Shown: positions 9,562-21,000, counted from the stretch's first letter. The stretch: DNA of 64,000 nt from a virus (IMGVR_UViG_3300029705_000100:1-64000), one strand, 5' to 3'. Notes: a model not told the origin generated them from the sequence alone. Program-made: numbers and translations.

Positions 9562-10344
9562 TTGATTAACTCGCAGAGCCGCGTTATACTATATTCGAAG
9601 GGAATACAACCGATGATGATTGAGAGGACGAGATATATGAACGGTACTATCTATGCAATACGTACGGAAACTTTTCCTAAAAGAAGATTGATCAATAATG
9701 ACCTATACAGATTGTTTGAACTCGTAGCAAAAAAGTATCAAGTGATACATGGTAAGCGTGGAAAGGTTATCTATTTATACGACGATGTCTTCGAAGATGT
9801 CTACCTTTCAAACACTGTACGGTTTGTGGCTAAATACGCAACAAAGTTCATTAGAAAAGTACCACTTCAAGACAATCCTATACATTGTGCAGGAAGGTAT
9901 GCATCGAAGAATCAAATAATGCTTTTGCTGAATGAAAATAGCCGGTTTACAAGCGTAAATACTATTTTTATTCTTGTCGTGTTGTTGAAGTTACTCTTAC
10001 TCGATGAACGCAGTAAAGAATTTAGAAGTCTATCATGTCGGAAAAAGTCTATCATGCCAGTAACAGAAAAGAACATTATTCCTAACGATATAGAAGATGA
10101 TATAGCTGTTTCATTTTTGAAACAGCATATAGAAAACTTGCTCAATGACCCATATTATCGACATTATGTTCCTTCACGACATTTTATATGTGAATATATT
10201 ATAGATTGTTACGATGAACTGATTGAGCTCGTAGGCAACAATGCTATTGACGCATTGCGCAAGGCAAAGAATAAAGCGGAAGGTAATATGGGGATACTTG
10301 CTGTACAGCCACTCCAAATGCCGCGTTATCCAGCAACCATGTAA
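9562..10344 (+). CDS. AT-rich cargo hypothetical protein
   Basis: 260-aa ORF; start uncertain. Confidence 0.65.
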   Translation: MINSQSRVILYSKGIQPMMIERTRYMNGTIYAIRTETFPKRRLINNDLYRLFELVAKKYQVIHGKRGKVIYLYDDVFEDVYLSNTVRFVAKYATKFIRKVPLQDNPIHCAGRYASKNQIMLLLNENSRFTSVNTIFILVVLLKLLLLDERSKEFRSLSCRKKSIMPVTEKNIIPNDIEDDIAVSFLKQHIENLLNDPYYRHYVPSRHFICEYIIDCYDELIELVGNNAIDALRKAKNKAEGNMGILAVQPLQMPRYPATM

Positions 10345-10349
10345 ATGCA

Positions 10350-11021
10350 ATGAGGAGGAGGAGCATGAATAAAAGCCCGTTTGTACCCGAATACCTAAGG
10401 AATATGCGTATAAATACATCAGAAAAATGGATGTTTTTTGCGTCGGGCATCAGTTCATATATTGCGTCCCTTTTTGCAGAAGGATTCGTTGATGAAGGAC
10501 GACCCTTGTTAGTAAGTTTTATCTTTGGCTGCGGTGTTTTTTTAGTGCTATTCATATTATCCGTTTGTATTGTTTATTTGAAAAACAATTCATTCTTTTA
10601 CCGTTATCCAAAATTGAGTGAATATGAGATATGCAGTTTCATTAACGAGAAGTTACCGGATGAATTGATGAGAATAAATAACAATATGGCAAACGCTACT
10701 GACGATATAAATAAACAGGTTTTATGCCAACACATCTTGTATCAACTTGATGTAATTATTGAATTCATTGATACACATGTTAGAGAAAGCTTGATTAGGG
10801 GGAAGAATAACAATGGCCATATGACCGGTCGTGCCTATAATCGCATAACCCCTGATCATTTAGAGGCCGTACTGTGTTGTATATACAGAATACTTGTACA
10901 AGTGATTCCTGAAATACCTGACAATACGTATGCAGAGGCACTGAAAAGACAAGTAAATTGCCTGGCATGTAAACATCTGAAATGTGATTCAATAGAAAAA
11001 AGCAAATACATGCCTTTATGA
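10350..11021 (+). CDS. AT-rich cargo membrane protein (2 TM)
   Basis: 223-aa ORF with two hydrophobic segments; AGGAGG RBS before MNKS. Confidence 0.65.
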   Translation: MRRRSMNKSPFVPEYLRNMRINTSEKWMFFASGISSYIASLFAEGFVDEGRPLLVSFIFGCGVFLVLFILSVCIVYLKNNSFFYRYPKLSEYEICSFINEKLPDELMRINNNMANATDDINKQVLCQHILYQLDVIIEFIDTHVRESLIRGKNNNGHMTGRAYNRITPDHLEAVLCCIYRILVQVIPEIPDNTYAEALKRQVNCLACKHLKCDSIEKSKYMPL

Positions 11022-11250
11022 ACAAGAAATGAATTTGATATTTGAGTGTTAGCTTCTTTACTGTATGATGTCGTTTCTTCAAGCAAGCGCTGTTGTAACT
11101 AGCAAGTTGGCAATCCAATCTATCTTCACAAGTGAATAGCAGTGGAGTAAGCCAAAATAATAATATTACCTCAGCCAATCGTAATATAACTTATGATTTG
11201 CTGAGGTATATTGTTCTGGTTTTGAACTCGTGTTGAGATTCACACAAATA

Positions 11251-11889
11251 TCAATCAGGAGAATACGATTTCTTTCCGTGACAATTTTTGAATTTTTCTC
11301 CACTACCGCACGGGCACGGATCATTCCTGCCAACGGTTATGTTGGATAGTGGATTCCTGTTGTACAATACCAATGCTCGTTCATATATAGCTTGCTCAGC
11401 TATAGGTGGCAATCCGATATCTACACTCCCGTCATCATTGGCACAATACCTAAATAGCATGGATAAAGCGAACGCGTATGCATCCAGTTCAATTTCCTGC
11501 AAAAAATGAAGGCTTGTAGTCTCAGGAGTATTCCTTACATAATGATCAAATTCTTGTTGCCATCGGAGAATATTTTCCGGCCTCTCTGCTGCAAAGTTGT
11601 TGTCTTTCTGGAACTGTATTTGCTGCATCTGATATATATGGCGAATTTCGTGCCATATAATGTACATTACATCCTGTTCAGTTGTTGAGCAAAACCAATC
11701 AAGATTAACCGTGATTGTTCCATTTGAAGAAGCCACAGCTCCAATCAGTTGATCGTTGAAATGGTTGATGTTCACTCTTTCAAACGCAAAACGCACTTGT
11801 CCACAGTTCAAGAAAGGCATATGCCTCACAGAAAGCATCAAAAGATGATTAAGATATTCAAAGGCTTTGATTGGTTCAAATTCTCTCAC
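11251..11889 (-). CDS. HEXXH metallopeptidase-like protein with C-terminal SEC-C zinc motif
   Basis: [33 protein letters not shown]. Confidence 0.75.
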   Translation of the reverse strand: MREFEPIKAFEYLNHLLMLSVRHMPFLNCGQVRFAFERVNINHFNDQLIGAVASSNGTITVNLDWFCSTTEQDVMYIIWHEIRHIYQMQQIQFQKDNNFAAERPENILRWQQEFDHYVRNTPETTSLHFLQEIELDAYAFALSMLFRYCANDDGSVDIGLPPIAEQAIYERALVLYNRNPLSNITVGRNDPCPCGSGEKFKNCHGKKSYSPD

Positions 11890-12203
11890 TACTCATCCTC
11901 CTCCGAACCCATTCTCTCACAGTACCACAAAAATTCGAGGAGCATTTTATTGTCCAAGTATCGCCTAAGTAGGGCTATACCTTCGCAAGCAAATGCCATA
12001 CCCATCATCCAGCAGAAAGGTATGTAATCATTCTTAAGTAATCTGGAGACACCAACGACTCCGCAAACAATGGCTATTACGCTCCATACAATCGGGATGA
12101 AAGGAGATATTGCACAGTATATTATGCGTATAGAGATCATGACATTAGATATCTGATCAGAGTGATTCGAATTTCCTTTTTTGGTATGGCACATAGTCTT
12201 CAC
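11889..12203 (-). CDS. Small membrane protein
   Basis: 104 aa, hydrophobic; stop overlaps start of next gene. Confidence 0.55.
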   Translation of the reverse strand: MKTMCHTKKGNSNHSDQISNVMISIRIIYCAISPFIPIVWSVIAIVCGVVGVSRLLKNDYIPFCWMMGMAFACEGIALLRRYLDNKMLLEFLWYCERMGSEEDE

Positions 12204-12358
12204 TCCTACGACGTTGTCTCTGTATAGGGTTTCAATTACGATTTATTATAGCATTTTCTCGTCTTTATATCAATCCTCGGAATAAGAGGAAGGAATTGTA
12301 ATTTATCTCACGAATAATGTATTAGGAACATATATAAACGGCAAAGAGGAAGGCTTAT

Positions 12359-13222
12359 ATGAGCAATGTGACACTTGAGACCTCTAACTTCGGAGAGCAA
12401 TTAGGGGCATATGATTTTTTTAACGTTCTTGTATCAGGTTCCGTATTCTTGTCATCTTTGGCTGGTATACTACTCTGCATCAATGACAATCTGAAGACTC
12501 TCCCGGATATATCGATTCTTGAAGGCGTTATTATTTCAGTTGCTGTTTTTTTTGTTGGACTCATAATTCAAGAATTGGGATCAATAGCGGATCGGTGCAT
12601 ATGGCATGTTAAGGAGTATAACTATCGCAATTTTCTAAAGAAATCTTGTCCGGACAAACGAATTATGAGAATGAAGCGGACTTGGAAATATGTTGATAAA
12701 ATTGCATACAGGCAAGCGCAAAAATCCAATAAGGGAAACTGTGTGATCCACAACCCAGCACTGCTTTGTTATTATAGAGAGATTGCAAAAGGCATCATTG
12801 ACAGTCATCCAGTAATAAAGAAGAAAAGTGAGTATTCGGATCCACTCGAAGATGACAATGTAAATCGTTGCATCTTCAGTTATTGTGAATACTTCGTTTC
12901 CTGCCAAGGAAAAGATAAGAAGGTAGAAAAACTTCGTGCGCTGTTTGCCATGGCACGCTCATTCGCAACATGCTCGTTTTTGGTTGAAGTGTGTTCGTTG
13001 ATAGCGATAATATACAAGTGCTTGAGCGATAATCTAAACCCACTCTCAATTTATACAAATCCAGACCTACAAAAATTGTCAGCAGTGTGCATAGTATGTC
13101 TTGTGTCGTATCAGTTATTTAGAAGCAGAATGACCAAAATGATGCGCTATATGATTCTGATATTGATGGGAAACTACAATGCATGCATCATCTCTCAAGA
13201 ATTTGAGCGTAAAGGCTCTTAA
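12359..13222 (+). CDS. Multi-pass membrane hypothetical protein
   Basis: 287 aa, GAYDFFNVLVSG start, about 4 TM segments, GAGGAAGG RBS. Confidence 0.7.
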   Translation: MSNVTLETSNFGEQLGAYDFFNVLVSGSVFLSSLAGILLCINDNLKTLPDISILEGVIISVAVFFVGLIIQELGSIADRCIWHVKEYNYRNFLKKSCPDKRIMRMKRTWKYVDKIAYRQAQKSNKGNCVIHNPALLCYYREIAKGIIDSHPVIKKKSEYSDPLEDDNVNRCIFSYCEYFVSCQGKDKKVEKLRALFAMARSFATCSFLVEVCSLIAIIYKCLSDNLNPLSIYTNPDLQKLSAVCIVCLVSYQLFRSRMTKMMRYMILILMGNYNACIISQEFERKGS

Positions 13223-13338
13223 ACATAGACCAAAAACAATAGCTCGATCATGATATAACCTTCTGATTGTTATCCAATGATCAAGCTATTGTTTTACTTA
13301 TTAGTTGTGGTGAGGATCACCGGGCCCGAACCCGCATG

Positions 13339-14274
13339 GGTACTGTCAAGAGTTGTGCGCAAATTCGTTCACAGGCATCCAGTGAAATCAGCCGTCAGGC
13401 AATAGAGGCGTCGCTCAAAGCGGCCTCCAAGTGCTTCATGTTCATGTATTTCTTACTGCCCCATTGAGTACCTGCGACATGGCGCAGGCGGGCACAGACG
13501 AGCATCAGCGCGGAATTGCCGTCGGGGAAGGTTCCGACTACTCTGGTTCGCCGTCGGATCTCGCGGTTCAGGCGTTCAATGACGTTGTTCGTGCGGATCC
13601 AGGTCCAATGCTCGGAGGGGAAATCGCAGTAGGTCAGCGTTTCTTCAATGCTGTCTTCCACCCTCTTCGCCGCCTCTTTCAGTTTTATCTCGCGGAGTTC
13701 AGCGATGACTGCTTTAGCTTTTTCTCGCGCTGCCTTTTTGCTTTCCTGTGCATGAATCGCCTTGAGCATCTTCGCCACCAGCTTCACCTTCGGACGCGGC
13801 ACGACGGAAAACACATTGCGGTAGAAATGTACTATGCAGCGCTGGTATTTCGCATCCGGAAATACCTCGCCGACTAGCCTCCAGCATGCCCAGACATTTG
13901 TCGCCCACTATCAGCTTTACGCCCTCCAGACCGCGTCCCTTCAGCCACTGGAAGAAGCTGACCCAGCTGGCCTTATCCTCCTTCATGCCCTCTGCGGCCC
14001 CCAGAATCTCGCGATATCCGTCTTCATTGACCGCAATCGCCACCAGAATGGCCACATTTTCGTATTCTCCGCCCCAGTTCCGGCGCAAATAGATGTCGTC
14101 CACATACACATACGGATATTTTCCACCCTGCAGCGGTCGGTTACTTCCTCGTTCAGTGTTACAATCTTCTCAGACATGGTTCCCAGGCTCCTTTCAGAAT
14201 GTGTAGTGTCGCGACTTCATTCTACCACTTGCCTGTCAACCATGTCTATTTCTTTTTGCGCAACTTATTGTACC
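13339..14274 (-). pseudogene. IS256-family element, internally deleted and frameshifted
   Basis: Fragments MSEKIV.., YVDDIYLRR, RTNNVIERLNREIRRR in different frames; imperfect GGTAC..TTG(T)GCGCAAA terminal repeats; ends approximate. Confidence 0.8.
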
Positions 14275-14439
14275 TTATCGACATATTTCTTTTTTGCACT
14301 ACAAATTGTGCATTATCTGTAACCGTCAAATAATCCCTCGTGAGAATTGTCGCTATCTATCGCGATATCTCGATATCTACAAAAAAGGCTCAGAAGTATC
14401 CGGTCAAACGGTACCACTGAGTCTTTTTGTATAAGGCTG

Positions 14440-16173
14440 TTATCGGCAAAGCTTCTGTAGCTGCTGATTCCATGGCGCAAGCATATCCAGGAAGTCACAG
14501 GAATACCGCCCACCAGCGCAAGGCATTTGCTCCAGCAGGTATTTCAGATATTTGTATGGATCCAGTCCGTTGGCTTTCGCCGTTTCCACAATGCTGTAGA
14601 CTGCAGCACTGGCTGTGGCTCCGTTCGGCGTATTGCAGAACAGCCAGTTCTTCCGGCCCATCACGAATGGACGGATGGCGTTTTCATCCAGATTGTTCGA
14701 GATCGGAATCCGTCCATTCAGCAGGAAACTGCCGAGAATCTGCTTCTGGCCGGTGGCGTAGCCTACTGCCTTGCTCAGCGGTGAATTCCGCAGCGCGTCA
14801 ATGCTGCTGCACCATGTCCAGAATGCTTCCAGCACGGGTCGGCTTCGTTTTTCGCGTTCCGTCTGCCGTTCTGCCGGAGAAAGTCCTGCGAATTCACGCT
14901 CCAGCATGAACAGTTTTTCGCAGAATTCAAAGCCTTCCTTCGCTTTGCTGCCCTGTGCCTGTTCTCCGTTCGGATCGCTGCCGGGAATTGCTTCGAGAAA
15001 TTTCCGGCGCACATGTGCCCAGCAGCCGCAGCGGGTTCCGTTTGTTACCTTGCTGTACCCTGCGTAGCCGTCCGTGACAAAGTATCCATCATACCCTTCG
15101 AGGAACTTCTTTGCATAGTCCCCGGAGCGTCCCGGCTGGTAGTCGAATAGAACAATCTGCTTCTCTTCATGTTCACCGCTCCGGTAGGCCCACATGTAGG
15201 ACTCGCTGGTCGGCGTCCTTCCCGGCTCCTTCAGCACCTGTACTGTGGTTTCGTCGCAGTGCAGAACACTGCTCTTCAGTAGTTCCGTTTTCATATGCTT
15301 CCATAGCGGGGCAAAGTAGTCTCTGTCAACCGCCAGCACCCAGTTCGCCAGCGTTGCACGGTTCATCTTAAGGCCTGCTCTCTCCCAGTCCTGCACCTGC
15401 CGGTACATCGGAATGGCCATGACATATTTGTCGTACAGCACCTGTGCTACAGTACTGGCGCTGGCTATACTGTGCTTCAGTACGGGATATCTGTGTCCCT
15501 CCGGAACATCTGCCTTTACGAGAACCATTCCCGGTCTGTTTTCACATTTGGCACAGACATCCATGTCCGCACGTTCACAGCCTTCACACTCCGGCATACC
15601 ATCTTCACAGCCGCGGCAGGCGTAGGTCGCGCGGTAATACTCGTGAACCTTTACCTGTGCAGGAATATATTCGCACTCCTTGCGGATATACTCCCTGCCG
15701 ATTTTCTCAAGGGCATGTCCGCAGCGGCGGCAGACCTGCTCTTCTGCCGGGAGCTCGTATTCATGAATCTCCACCGGCAGCCCGTCCAGCAGTTCCTCAC
15801 GGCTGCGTTTCCTGGCTCGCTTGTGCGATTTCACTTCAACCGTGCTTTCTGGGAGCGCTGTCGGATCTTTTGCTTTGGCGTCCGCTGCATCCTCTGCTTC
15901 GTTGAAGATGCTCAGCTGTTCGCAGTCCGCCGGGAGCACAGTCAGCGGCTTCTGTTTTTCGCTCTTGCTCCCGAAATGTGCCTTCTGCAGATTACGGTAC
16001 ATGGCGCTCATATTTTCCAGACGATTCTCCAGATACGTTATGTACTCCTTCGCTTCGGGCGACAGCGTTCTTTCGTCCGGACGTTCCATGACACCGCCTC
16101 CTGCGTCTTTTTCTTCCAACTCCATTATATCACGATCCGGCAGACAGAACAAATGACCGGCGCGCAGCAGCAC
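14440..16173 (-). CDS. tnpC: IS66 transposase
   Basis: LHCDETTVQVL, CWAHVRRKF, ISNNLDENAIRPFVMGRKNWLF; true start probably nearer 16089. Confidence 0.92.
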   Translation of the reverse strand: MLLRAGHLFCLPDRDIMELEEKDAGGGVMERPDERTLSPEAKEYITYLENRLENMSAMYRNLQKAHFGSKSEKQKPLTVLPADCEQLSIFNEAEDAADAKAKDPTALPESTVEVKSHKRARKRSREELLDGLPVEIHEYELPAEEQVCRRCGHALEKIGREYIRKECEYIPAQVKVHEYYRATYACRGCEDGMPECEGCERADMDVCAKCENRPGMVLVKADVPEGHRYPVLKHSIASASTVAQVLYDKYVMAIPMYRQVQDWERAGLKMNRATLANWVLAVDRDYFAPLWKHMKTELLKSSVLHCDETTVQVLKEPGRTPTSESYMWAYRSGEHEEKQIVLFDYQPGRSGDYAKKFLEGYDGYFVTDGYAGYSKVTNGTRCGCWAHVRRKFLEAIPGSDPNGEQAQGSKAKEGFEFCEKLFMLEREFAGLSPAERQTEREKRSRPVLEAFWTWCSSIDALRNSPLSKAVGYATGQKQILGSFLLNGRIPISNNLDENAIRPFVMGRKNWLFCNTPNGATASAAVYSIVETAKANGLDPYKYLKYLLEQMPCAGGRYSCDFLDMLAPWNQQLQKLCR

Positions 16174-16206
16174 CGGCCAAAATTCGAAAAGTATTAAATC
16201 TCTGTG

Positions 16207-16632
16207 TCACACCAGATCTTTGGCACTGACATTTTTGTGCGCTTTGGGCTGAACGATGCTCAGGCCTTCCATGAGCCAGCGATACTGCTGCGGGGTAAGT
16301 TGCTGCACTTCTTCACGGGTACGCGGCCATTGATAGCGACCGTTCTCCAGACGTTTGTACAGCAGCACAAATCCGTCTCCGTCCCAGAACAATGCCTTGA
16401 ACCGGTCGCTCCTTTTGCCGCAGAACAGAAAGACTGCCTGCTGTCTGGGATCCAGTCTGAACTGCTGCTGCACCTGCGCTGCCAGTCCGTTGATTCCACG
16501 GCGCATATCTGTGTATCCGCAGGCAATATATATCGCGCCGATCTGACTCAGATCCAGCGTCTTCATCTCAGCATCTCCAGAACCTGACGCAGCAGCGTTA
16601 CGTCCGCTCCATTCCGGATTTCTATGCTCCAT
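16207..16632 (-). CDS. tnpB: IS66 accessory protein
   Basis: GYTDMRRGINGL, LFWDGDGFVLLYKRLE. Confidence 0.9.
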   Translation of the reverse strand: MEHRNPEWSGRNAAASGSGDAEMKTLDLSQIGAIYIACGYTDMRRGINGLAAQVQQQFRLDPRQQAVFLFCGKRSDRFKALFWDGDGFVLLYKRLENGRYQWPRTREEVQQLTPQQYRWLMEGLSIVQPKAHKNVSAKDLV

Positions 16633-16946
16633 TCGCCTTTGCGCAGAATGATCTGCGCAGCTTCAACAGCGTCCGCCTGTTGTGCTTCGCGATATGGAAC
16701 CGGTTCGAAGTTTACTGGAACCAACTGCCTTTCTTCCGCCTGGATCATCTGCGATCCTATGCTTTTCACGGGCAGTTTTCTGCTTTCCTGTTCCCATACC
16801 AACCTCTGCCGACGATAATATGTCGCAACCGGCATACTGTGCTCTCTGCACCATGCCGCTACCGTCTGACCGCTATTCCGGCAGTCATGTACCATTTCCC
16901 GCCACTGCTTCAGTATTGCTTCACGTTTTGCATCCTGTAGTTTCAT
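16563..16946 (-). CDS. tnpA: IS66 accessory HTH protein
   Basis: SGQTVAAWCREH...YYRR pattern. Confidence 0.85.
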   Translation of the reverse strand: MKLQDAKREAILKQWREMVHDCRNSGQTVAAWCREHSMPVATYYRRQRLVWEQESRKLPVKSIGSQMIQAEERQLVPVNFEPVPYREAQQADAVEAAQIILRKGEWSIEIRNGADVTLLRQVLEMLR

Positions 16947-17143
16947 CCCATCCGCCCTCTCATGAGAGTTAGCGCTATCTCTCGCTATATCGCGCGATTC
17001 TATTATCTCATGGGAATTTTCGGCGCGGGGAGACGGGGGATTATTTGACGCTTACCATTATCTCGATGATGGTGGTGTCTAGTAACTATGGCTAGAATAA
17101 GAACCAATGCGATCTTTCTTTTACTTCATCTCATCTATGATTA

Positions 17144-17173
17144 AAGCCACTTTGCAGAGGAGCAAAGTGGCTT
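17144..17173. terminator. Terminator-like hairpin, target of group IIC intron
   Basis: AAGCCACTTTGC-AGAGGA-GCAAAGTGGCTT, 6 nt before the intron 5' end. Confidence 0.75.
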
Positions 17174-17179
17174 CTTTGA

Positions 17180-19096
17180 GTGCGCCCGGCGGCGCACGTT
17201 TCTAAAGGGTGAAAGACCCGAATCCGCCCGGTAGCGGGAAGGAGATAGCCGAAGGCAAGGGGGTCCCTCGTGAGGCGGAATCTGAAGGAAGCCGGATGTG
17301 GGGAAAAAAACTCACGGGCAAACCTCTGGCCTGACGAAAAGAAACCGCATATAAGGTTATGCATGAGGGTAAGGCTGCTCAACAAGACGAAGCCCAATAG
17401 CTACACGGAATCATGCGTGATAGATGCGGCAGGTAGATGGAGGGAAAGAAACGTGTGGGACCCGGGGAGGTCTGCGCGGAACGCGCCGAAAGGCGTAACC
17501 ACAGCCATAAAAGGAAAGCTGTGCTGAACGCGCAGAAGTCAGCCGAGGCCATAGTACCTTGTGGGGAAAAAACAAGGGAAGGGCCGAACCAATACAGCCG
17601 GAGTAACCGGGGAAAGGAGAACTGCATGAAGAGAGCAGAAAATACCGAAAGTAGCTGCCTGCAAATGAATAGCACGGAATGCGAAGGGTATGCAGGAGCG
17701 CAGAGTGCGGTTAAACCGGAACGAGGAGAAACGGAAAGCAGACAGCCGAAGCTGCTTGAGGCGATACTGGACAGGGATAACCTGAACAGGGCGTACAAGC
17801 GAGTGAAGGCGAACAAGGGAGCACCGGGAGTAGACGGGATGACCGTAGAGGAGGCGCTGCCATGGCTCAAAGAACACGGGAAGGAATTGCGGGAAAGTAT
17901 CCGCGAGGGGAAGTACAAGCCGGAGCCGGTGAGGCGGAAAGAAATACCGAAGCCGGACGGAGGAGTACGGAAGCTGGGGATACCGACGGTGAAAGACCGG
18001 ATCATCCAACAGGCGATCGCTCAGCAATTGACGCCGCTGTATGAACCGAAGTTAACGGAAGGGAGCTATGGATACCGACCGGGAAGAAGCGCACAGGATG
18101 CGATCTTCAAGATCCGGGGATATGCAGAGGACGGATATGAATGGGCGGTACTGCTCGATCTGAGCAAGTATTTCGATACGCTGAACCATGAGAAACTGCT
18201 GAACATCCTGCGGGAGACCGTGAAGGATGAGCGGGTGATACAGATGATAAAGAAGTATCTGAAAAGCGGAGCGATGGAGAACGGCGTGAAGATCGCGACG
18301 GAAGAAGGACGTCCGCAGGGAGGCCCGCTGTCACCGCTGCTAGCGAATGTGTACCTGAATGAGTTTGACATGGAATACGAGAGACGAGGGGTACCGGTAG
18401 TGAGGTACGCAGATGACATCGTATTGCTGTGCAAAAGTCAAAGAGCAGGGGAACGACTGCTGAAGAGCAGCATCCGCTATCTGGAAGGGAAACTGAAGCT
18501 AAAGGTGAACCGGGAGAAAATCCATATCGCAAAGGTAAACGCGACGAAGAAGTTCAAGTTTCTGGGCTTCTCGTACAGTAAGGGAAAGGAAGGACTGTTC
18601 ATACGAGTCCACCCGAAAGCCCTGCTGAAAGCGAAGAACAGGCTAAGGGAACTGACGAAGCGGAACCGTGGAAAGAATGTCAGACAGGTCATGAAAGAAG
18701 TAAAACAGTACATGACAGGGTGGCTGAATTACTATGCGACAGCGTCCATGAAGCAGAGAATGCGGGAATGGGACGAATGGCTGCGGCACAGAATCCGGGC
18801 ATATATCTGGAAGCAATGGAAGAAGCCAAGAACCAAACTGAGAAACCTGATGAAGCTGGGCGTACCGGAGTACTTCGCGCAGATGGCGGCGAACAGCAGG
18901 AGAGGATATTGGTTTACGGTAGATACCGGAGCCGTGAAAAGAGCGATAACAAATGAAAGACTCGCACGCGCAGGGTTCTTTGAACTCTCCCCGGCATACG
19001 AGTCTATTCAGTCTGCTTGTATTGGACGCGCCGTGTACCGAACGGTACGCACGGTGTGGTGAGAGGTCGGGAGTTAATCGCCCCCTCCTACTCGAT
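17180..19096 (+). mobile_element. Group II intron (class IIC)
   Basis: 5' GTGCG; domain V CGCCGTGTACCGAACGGTACGCACGGTGTGGTGAGAGG; 3' CTACTCGAT; inserted after a hairpin. Confidence 0.92.
17626..19062 (+). CDS. ltrA: Group II intron reverse transcriptase/maturase
   Basis: GIPTVKDRIIQQA, PQGGPLSPLLANVYL, RYADD, domain X; no endonuclease domain; AAAGGAG RBS. Confidence 0.93.
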   Translation: MKRAENTESSCLQMNSTECEGYAGAQSAVKPERGETESRQPKLLEAILDRDNLNRAYKRVKANKGAPGVDGMTVEEALPWLKEHGKELRESIREGKYKPEPVRRKEIPKPDGGVRKLGIPTVKDRIIQQAIAQQLTPLYEPKLTEGSYGYRPGRSAQDAIFKIRGYAEDGYEWAVLLDLSKYFDTLNHEKLLNILRETVKDERVIQMIKKYLKSGAMENGVKIATEEGRPQGGPLSPLLANVYLNEFDMEYERRGVPVVRYADDIVLLCKSQRAGERLLKSSIRYLEGKLKLKVNREKIHIAKVNATKKFKFLGFSYSKGKEGLFIRVHPKALLKAKNRLRELTKRNRGKNVRQVMKEVKQYMTGWLNYYATASMKQRMREWDEWLRHRIRAYIWKQWKKPRTKLRNLMKLGVPEYFAQMAANSRRGYWFTVDTGAVKRAITNERLARAGFFELSPAYESIQSACIGRAVYRTVRTVW

Positions 19097-19262
19097 CGAT
19101 CTGAAATGGATAGCATCTATCTATAATTAAGTAAAAAAAGTATTATTTGCACATATACATTTCTTCTGGTACTGTCTACATATATTATACCACCGAATTC
19201 TCTCTCTATTCGGTATACTCCAATACGGGTGCCAGAAGATCGTTTGGCTTAATTGACCTGTT

Positions 19263-19886
19263 TCAGGTAGTATGCCTTGAAGCAATGCATTTAGTTAAGA
19301 CTACGATTTTTCTGTTTGCAACTCGTAGTTTCACATAATCTTCCAATTCATGAGCAAAAACAAGGGTGTTACAGCATCCTTCTTCGCGCATGTGATATAT
19401 TTCAGTTTCCCAACGGTGCTGATCGTCTTCATCTAACGGTAATCCATTTTCGAATAGTTCCTTTTGAATAGTCTGATCCTCAGATAAAGAACCACCCTTT
19501 TCTGCTTTTTTTATATCGAGCATAATAAAATTACGAACTGTCGATAATCCAGTGTAAAGAGCAACAGCCTCATTAAAGGTCCACTGAGATTTGGGTTTCT
19601 CGTAAAACTTGGAGTCAACCTTTTTAAGAGGCTTCGCTTGTAAAATTGCGACCATCAAAGCGCCAGCAACTTTGTATCTATTCAACCTACCCGATGGATC
19701 TTTCATATAATGGTTTTTTGCATGTACTCTTGCTTCTTCATAATAGTTACGAAGTTGCACCTTAACATCATCGGGTAAAAAGACTAATCCACCATAAGTC
19801 CTAACTAAATATTCACATCTGGGCTTTATGATTTTTTCCCATGTCTCATTAAACTGCCGTTCAGTCATTATAACTCCTACGTCCAA
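19263..19886 (-). CDS. AT-rich cargo hypothetical protein
   Basis: 207-aa ORF, GTAGGAG RBS. Confidence 0.7.
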   Translation of the reverse strand: MDVGVIMTERQFNETWEKIIKPRCEYLVRTYGGLVFLPDDVKVQLRNYYEEARVHAKNHYMKDPSGRLNRYKVAGALMVAILQAKPLKKVDSKFYEKPKSQWTFNEAVALYTGLSTVRNFIMLDIKKAEKGGSLSEDQTIQKELFENGLPLDEDDQHRWETEIYHMREEGCCNTLVFAHELEDYVKLRVANRKIVVLTKCIASRHTT

Positions 19887-20068
19887 TCATATTTATTTCT
19901 CTTCGGGCTGATATGAAAGTTCTTGAGCAAATTCTAAGGTTTCACCATAATCCTCGTCGCTATTGCTAAGTTCAGGGATTACAGAAACATCTCGTGTAGA
20001 ACTTCTATTTATGGGTAACGAAAAACCAATAATGATAACCGCGATGATTAAAGCAATAAAAAAGAAAC

Positions 20069-20566
20069 TCATGATTTTCCCCCCTGACCTACATTGGCGG
20101 AATGAATACTCTTTGGACGATTGAAATATCCCCTAGCAGTATTTCGGCTCTGAGAATATACTATGCGAAGGGCATAGAACTTTTTCAACATAAAAAGTGC
20201 AGGAGAGATCATCATTAGAATTTTTAAGCCAAACGAGACATATCCTTGAACCTCTGCCGGGATTTGTGAAAATAAATCAACACCATTAGATTTAAACACA
20301 TACGCACTTCCAAGAAAAAGTAAATATAATATTCCTGAAATCATCGCTAAACGATCAATTGTGTACTGCGATGAATTGTAGGCTGTAACGTGTTCAAAAT
20401 CTTCAATCACATCAATTACTAAAGGTGTCAAATAGAGCACAACAACTAAAATCATAGTTGTAAAACTCTCAGACCATATAGCAAAGAAATGCGATACCAG
20501 ACCTAACACAGATATAAAGAAAAGCCACACCGAGGACGAAAGTGATCTATTACGCATGTTCAACAT
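20069..20566 (-). CDS. AT-rich cargo membrane protein (about 4 TM)
   Basis: 165-aa hydrophobic ORF. Confidence 0.65.
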   Translation of the reverse strand: MLNMRNRSLSSSVWLFFISVLGLVSHFFAIWSESFTTMILVVVLYLTPLVIDVIEDFEHVTAYNSSQYTIDRLAMISGILYLLFLGSAYVFKSNGVDLFSQIPAEVQGYVSFGLKILMMISPALFMLKKFYALRIVYSQSRNTARGYFNRPKSIHSANVGQGGKS

Positions 20567-20759
20567 CCTGTCAAGTATTCTATCTTTACAATTATTGTAT
20601 CAAAAGATTGGGAATAGTACAAGTAGTTGATATACCATATCTTGTCGTTTTTTTTATTTTTAAGTAAATATTTATTGAATTCAAAACTCATGAAGCATCT
20701 AGTTCACGGTATCGCACTGAGGATTGTAGGCGTCCTATTAAACTCAGTTATGCGTACAG

Positions 20760-21000
20760 CACCGTATCATTTATAAAGTGAAGTACGGGCTTCCGTCCGT
20801 AATCACCGTAATCTTTTCCTCCGGAGTATTTCATAGTGTGGGTGCAAAGTCGGCCACTTTCTCATCGCTGCTTTTCAGCTGTTTTGAGAAGAAGTGAGCA
20901 TTTTGCGCTGCGAGGTACGGCTGGCACATTCGTCCTCGATGGCCTTGCACCGATCAGCGGCATCCTGATAACGCTCTGCCAGCGCATTGCTATTTGCATT
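20760..21000 (-). pseudogene. Possible decayed C-terminal remnant of a serine recombinase
   Basis: Frameshifted fragments ALAERYQDAADRCKAIEDE / KQLKSSDEKVADF / KITVITDGSPYFTFINDT resemble recombinase coiled-coil tails. Confidence 0.3.

Larger units (their letters stand above)
14319..17055 (-). mobile_element. IS66-family element, complete
   Basis: Terminal IR GTAA(C/G)CGTCAAATAATCCC; 8-bp target duplication CATTATCT at 14311-14318 and 17056-17063. Confidence 0.95.
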
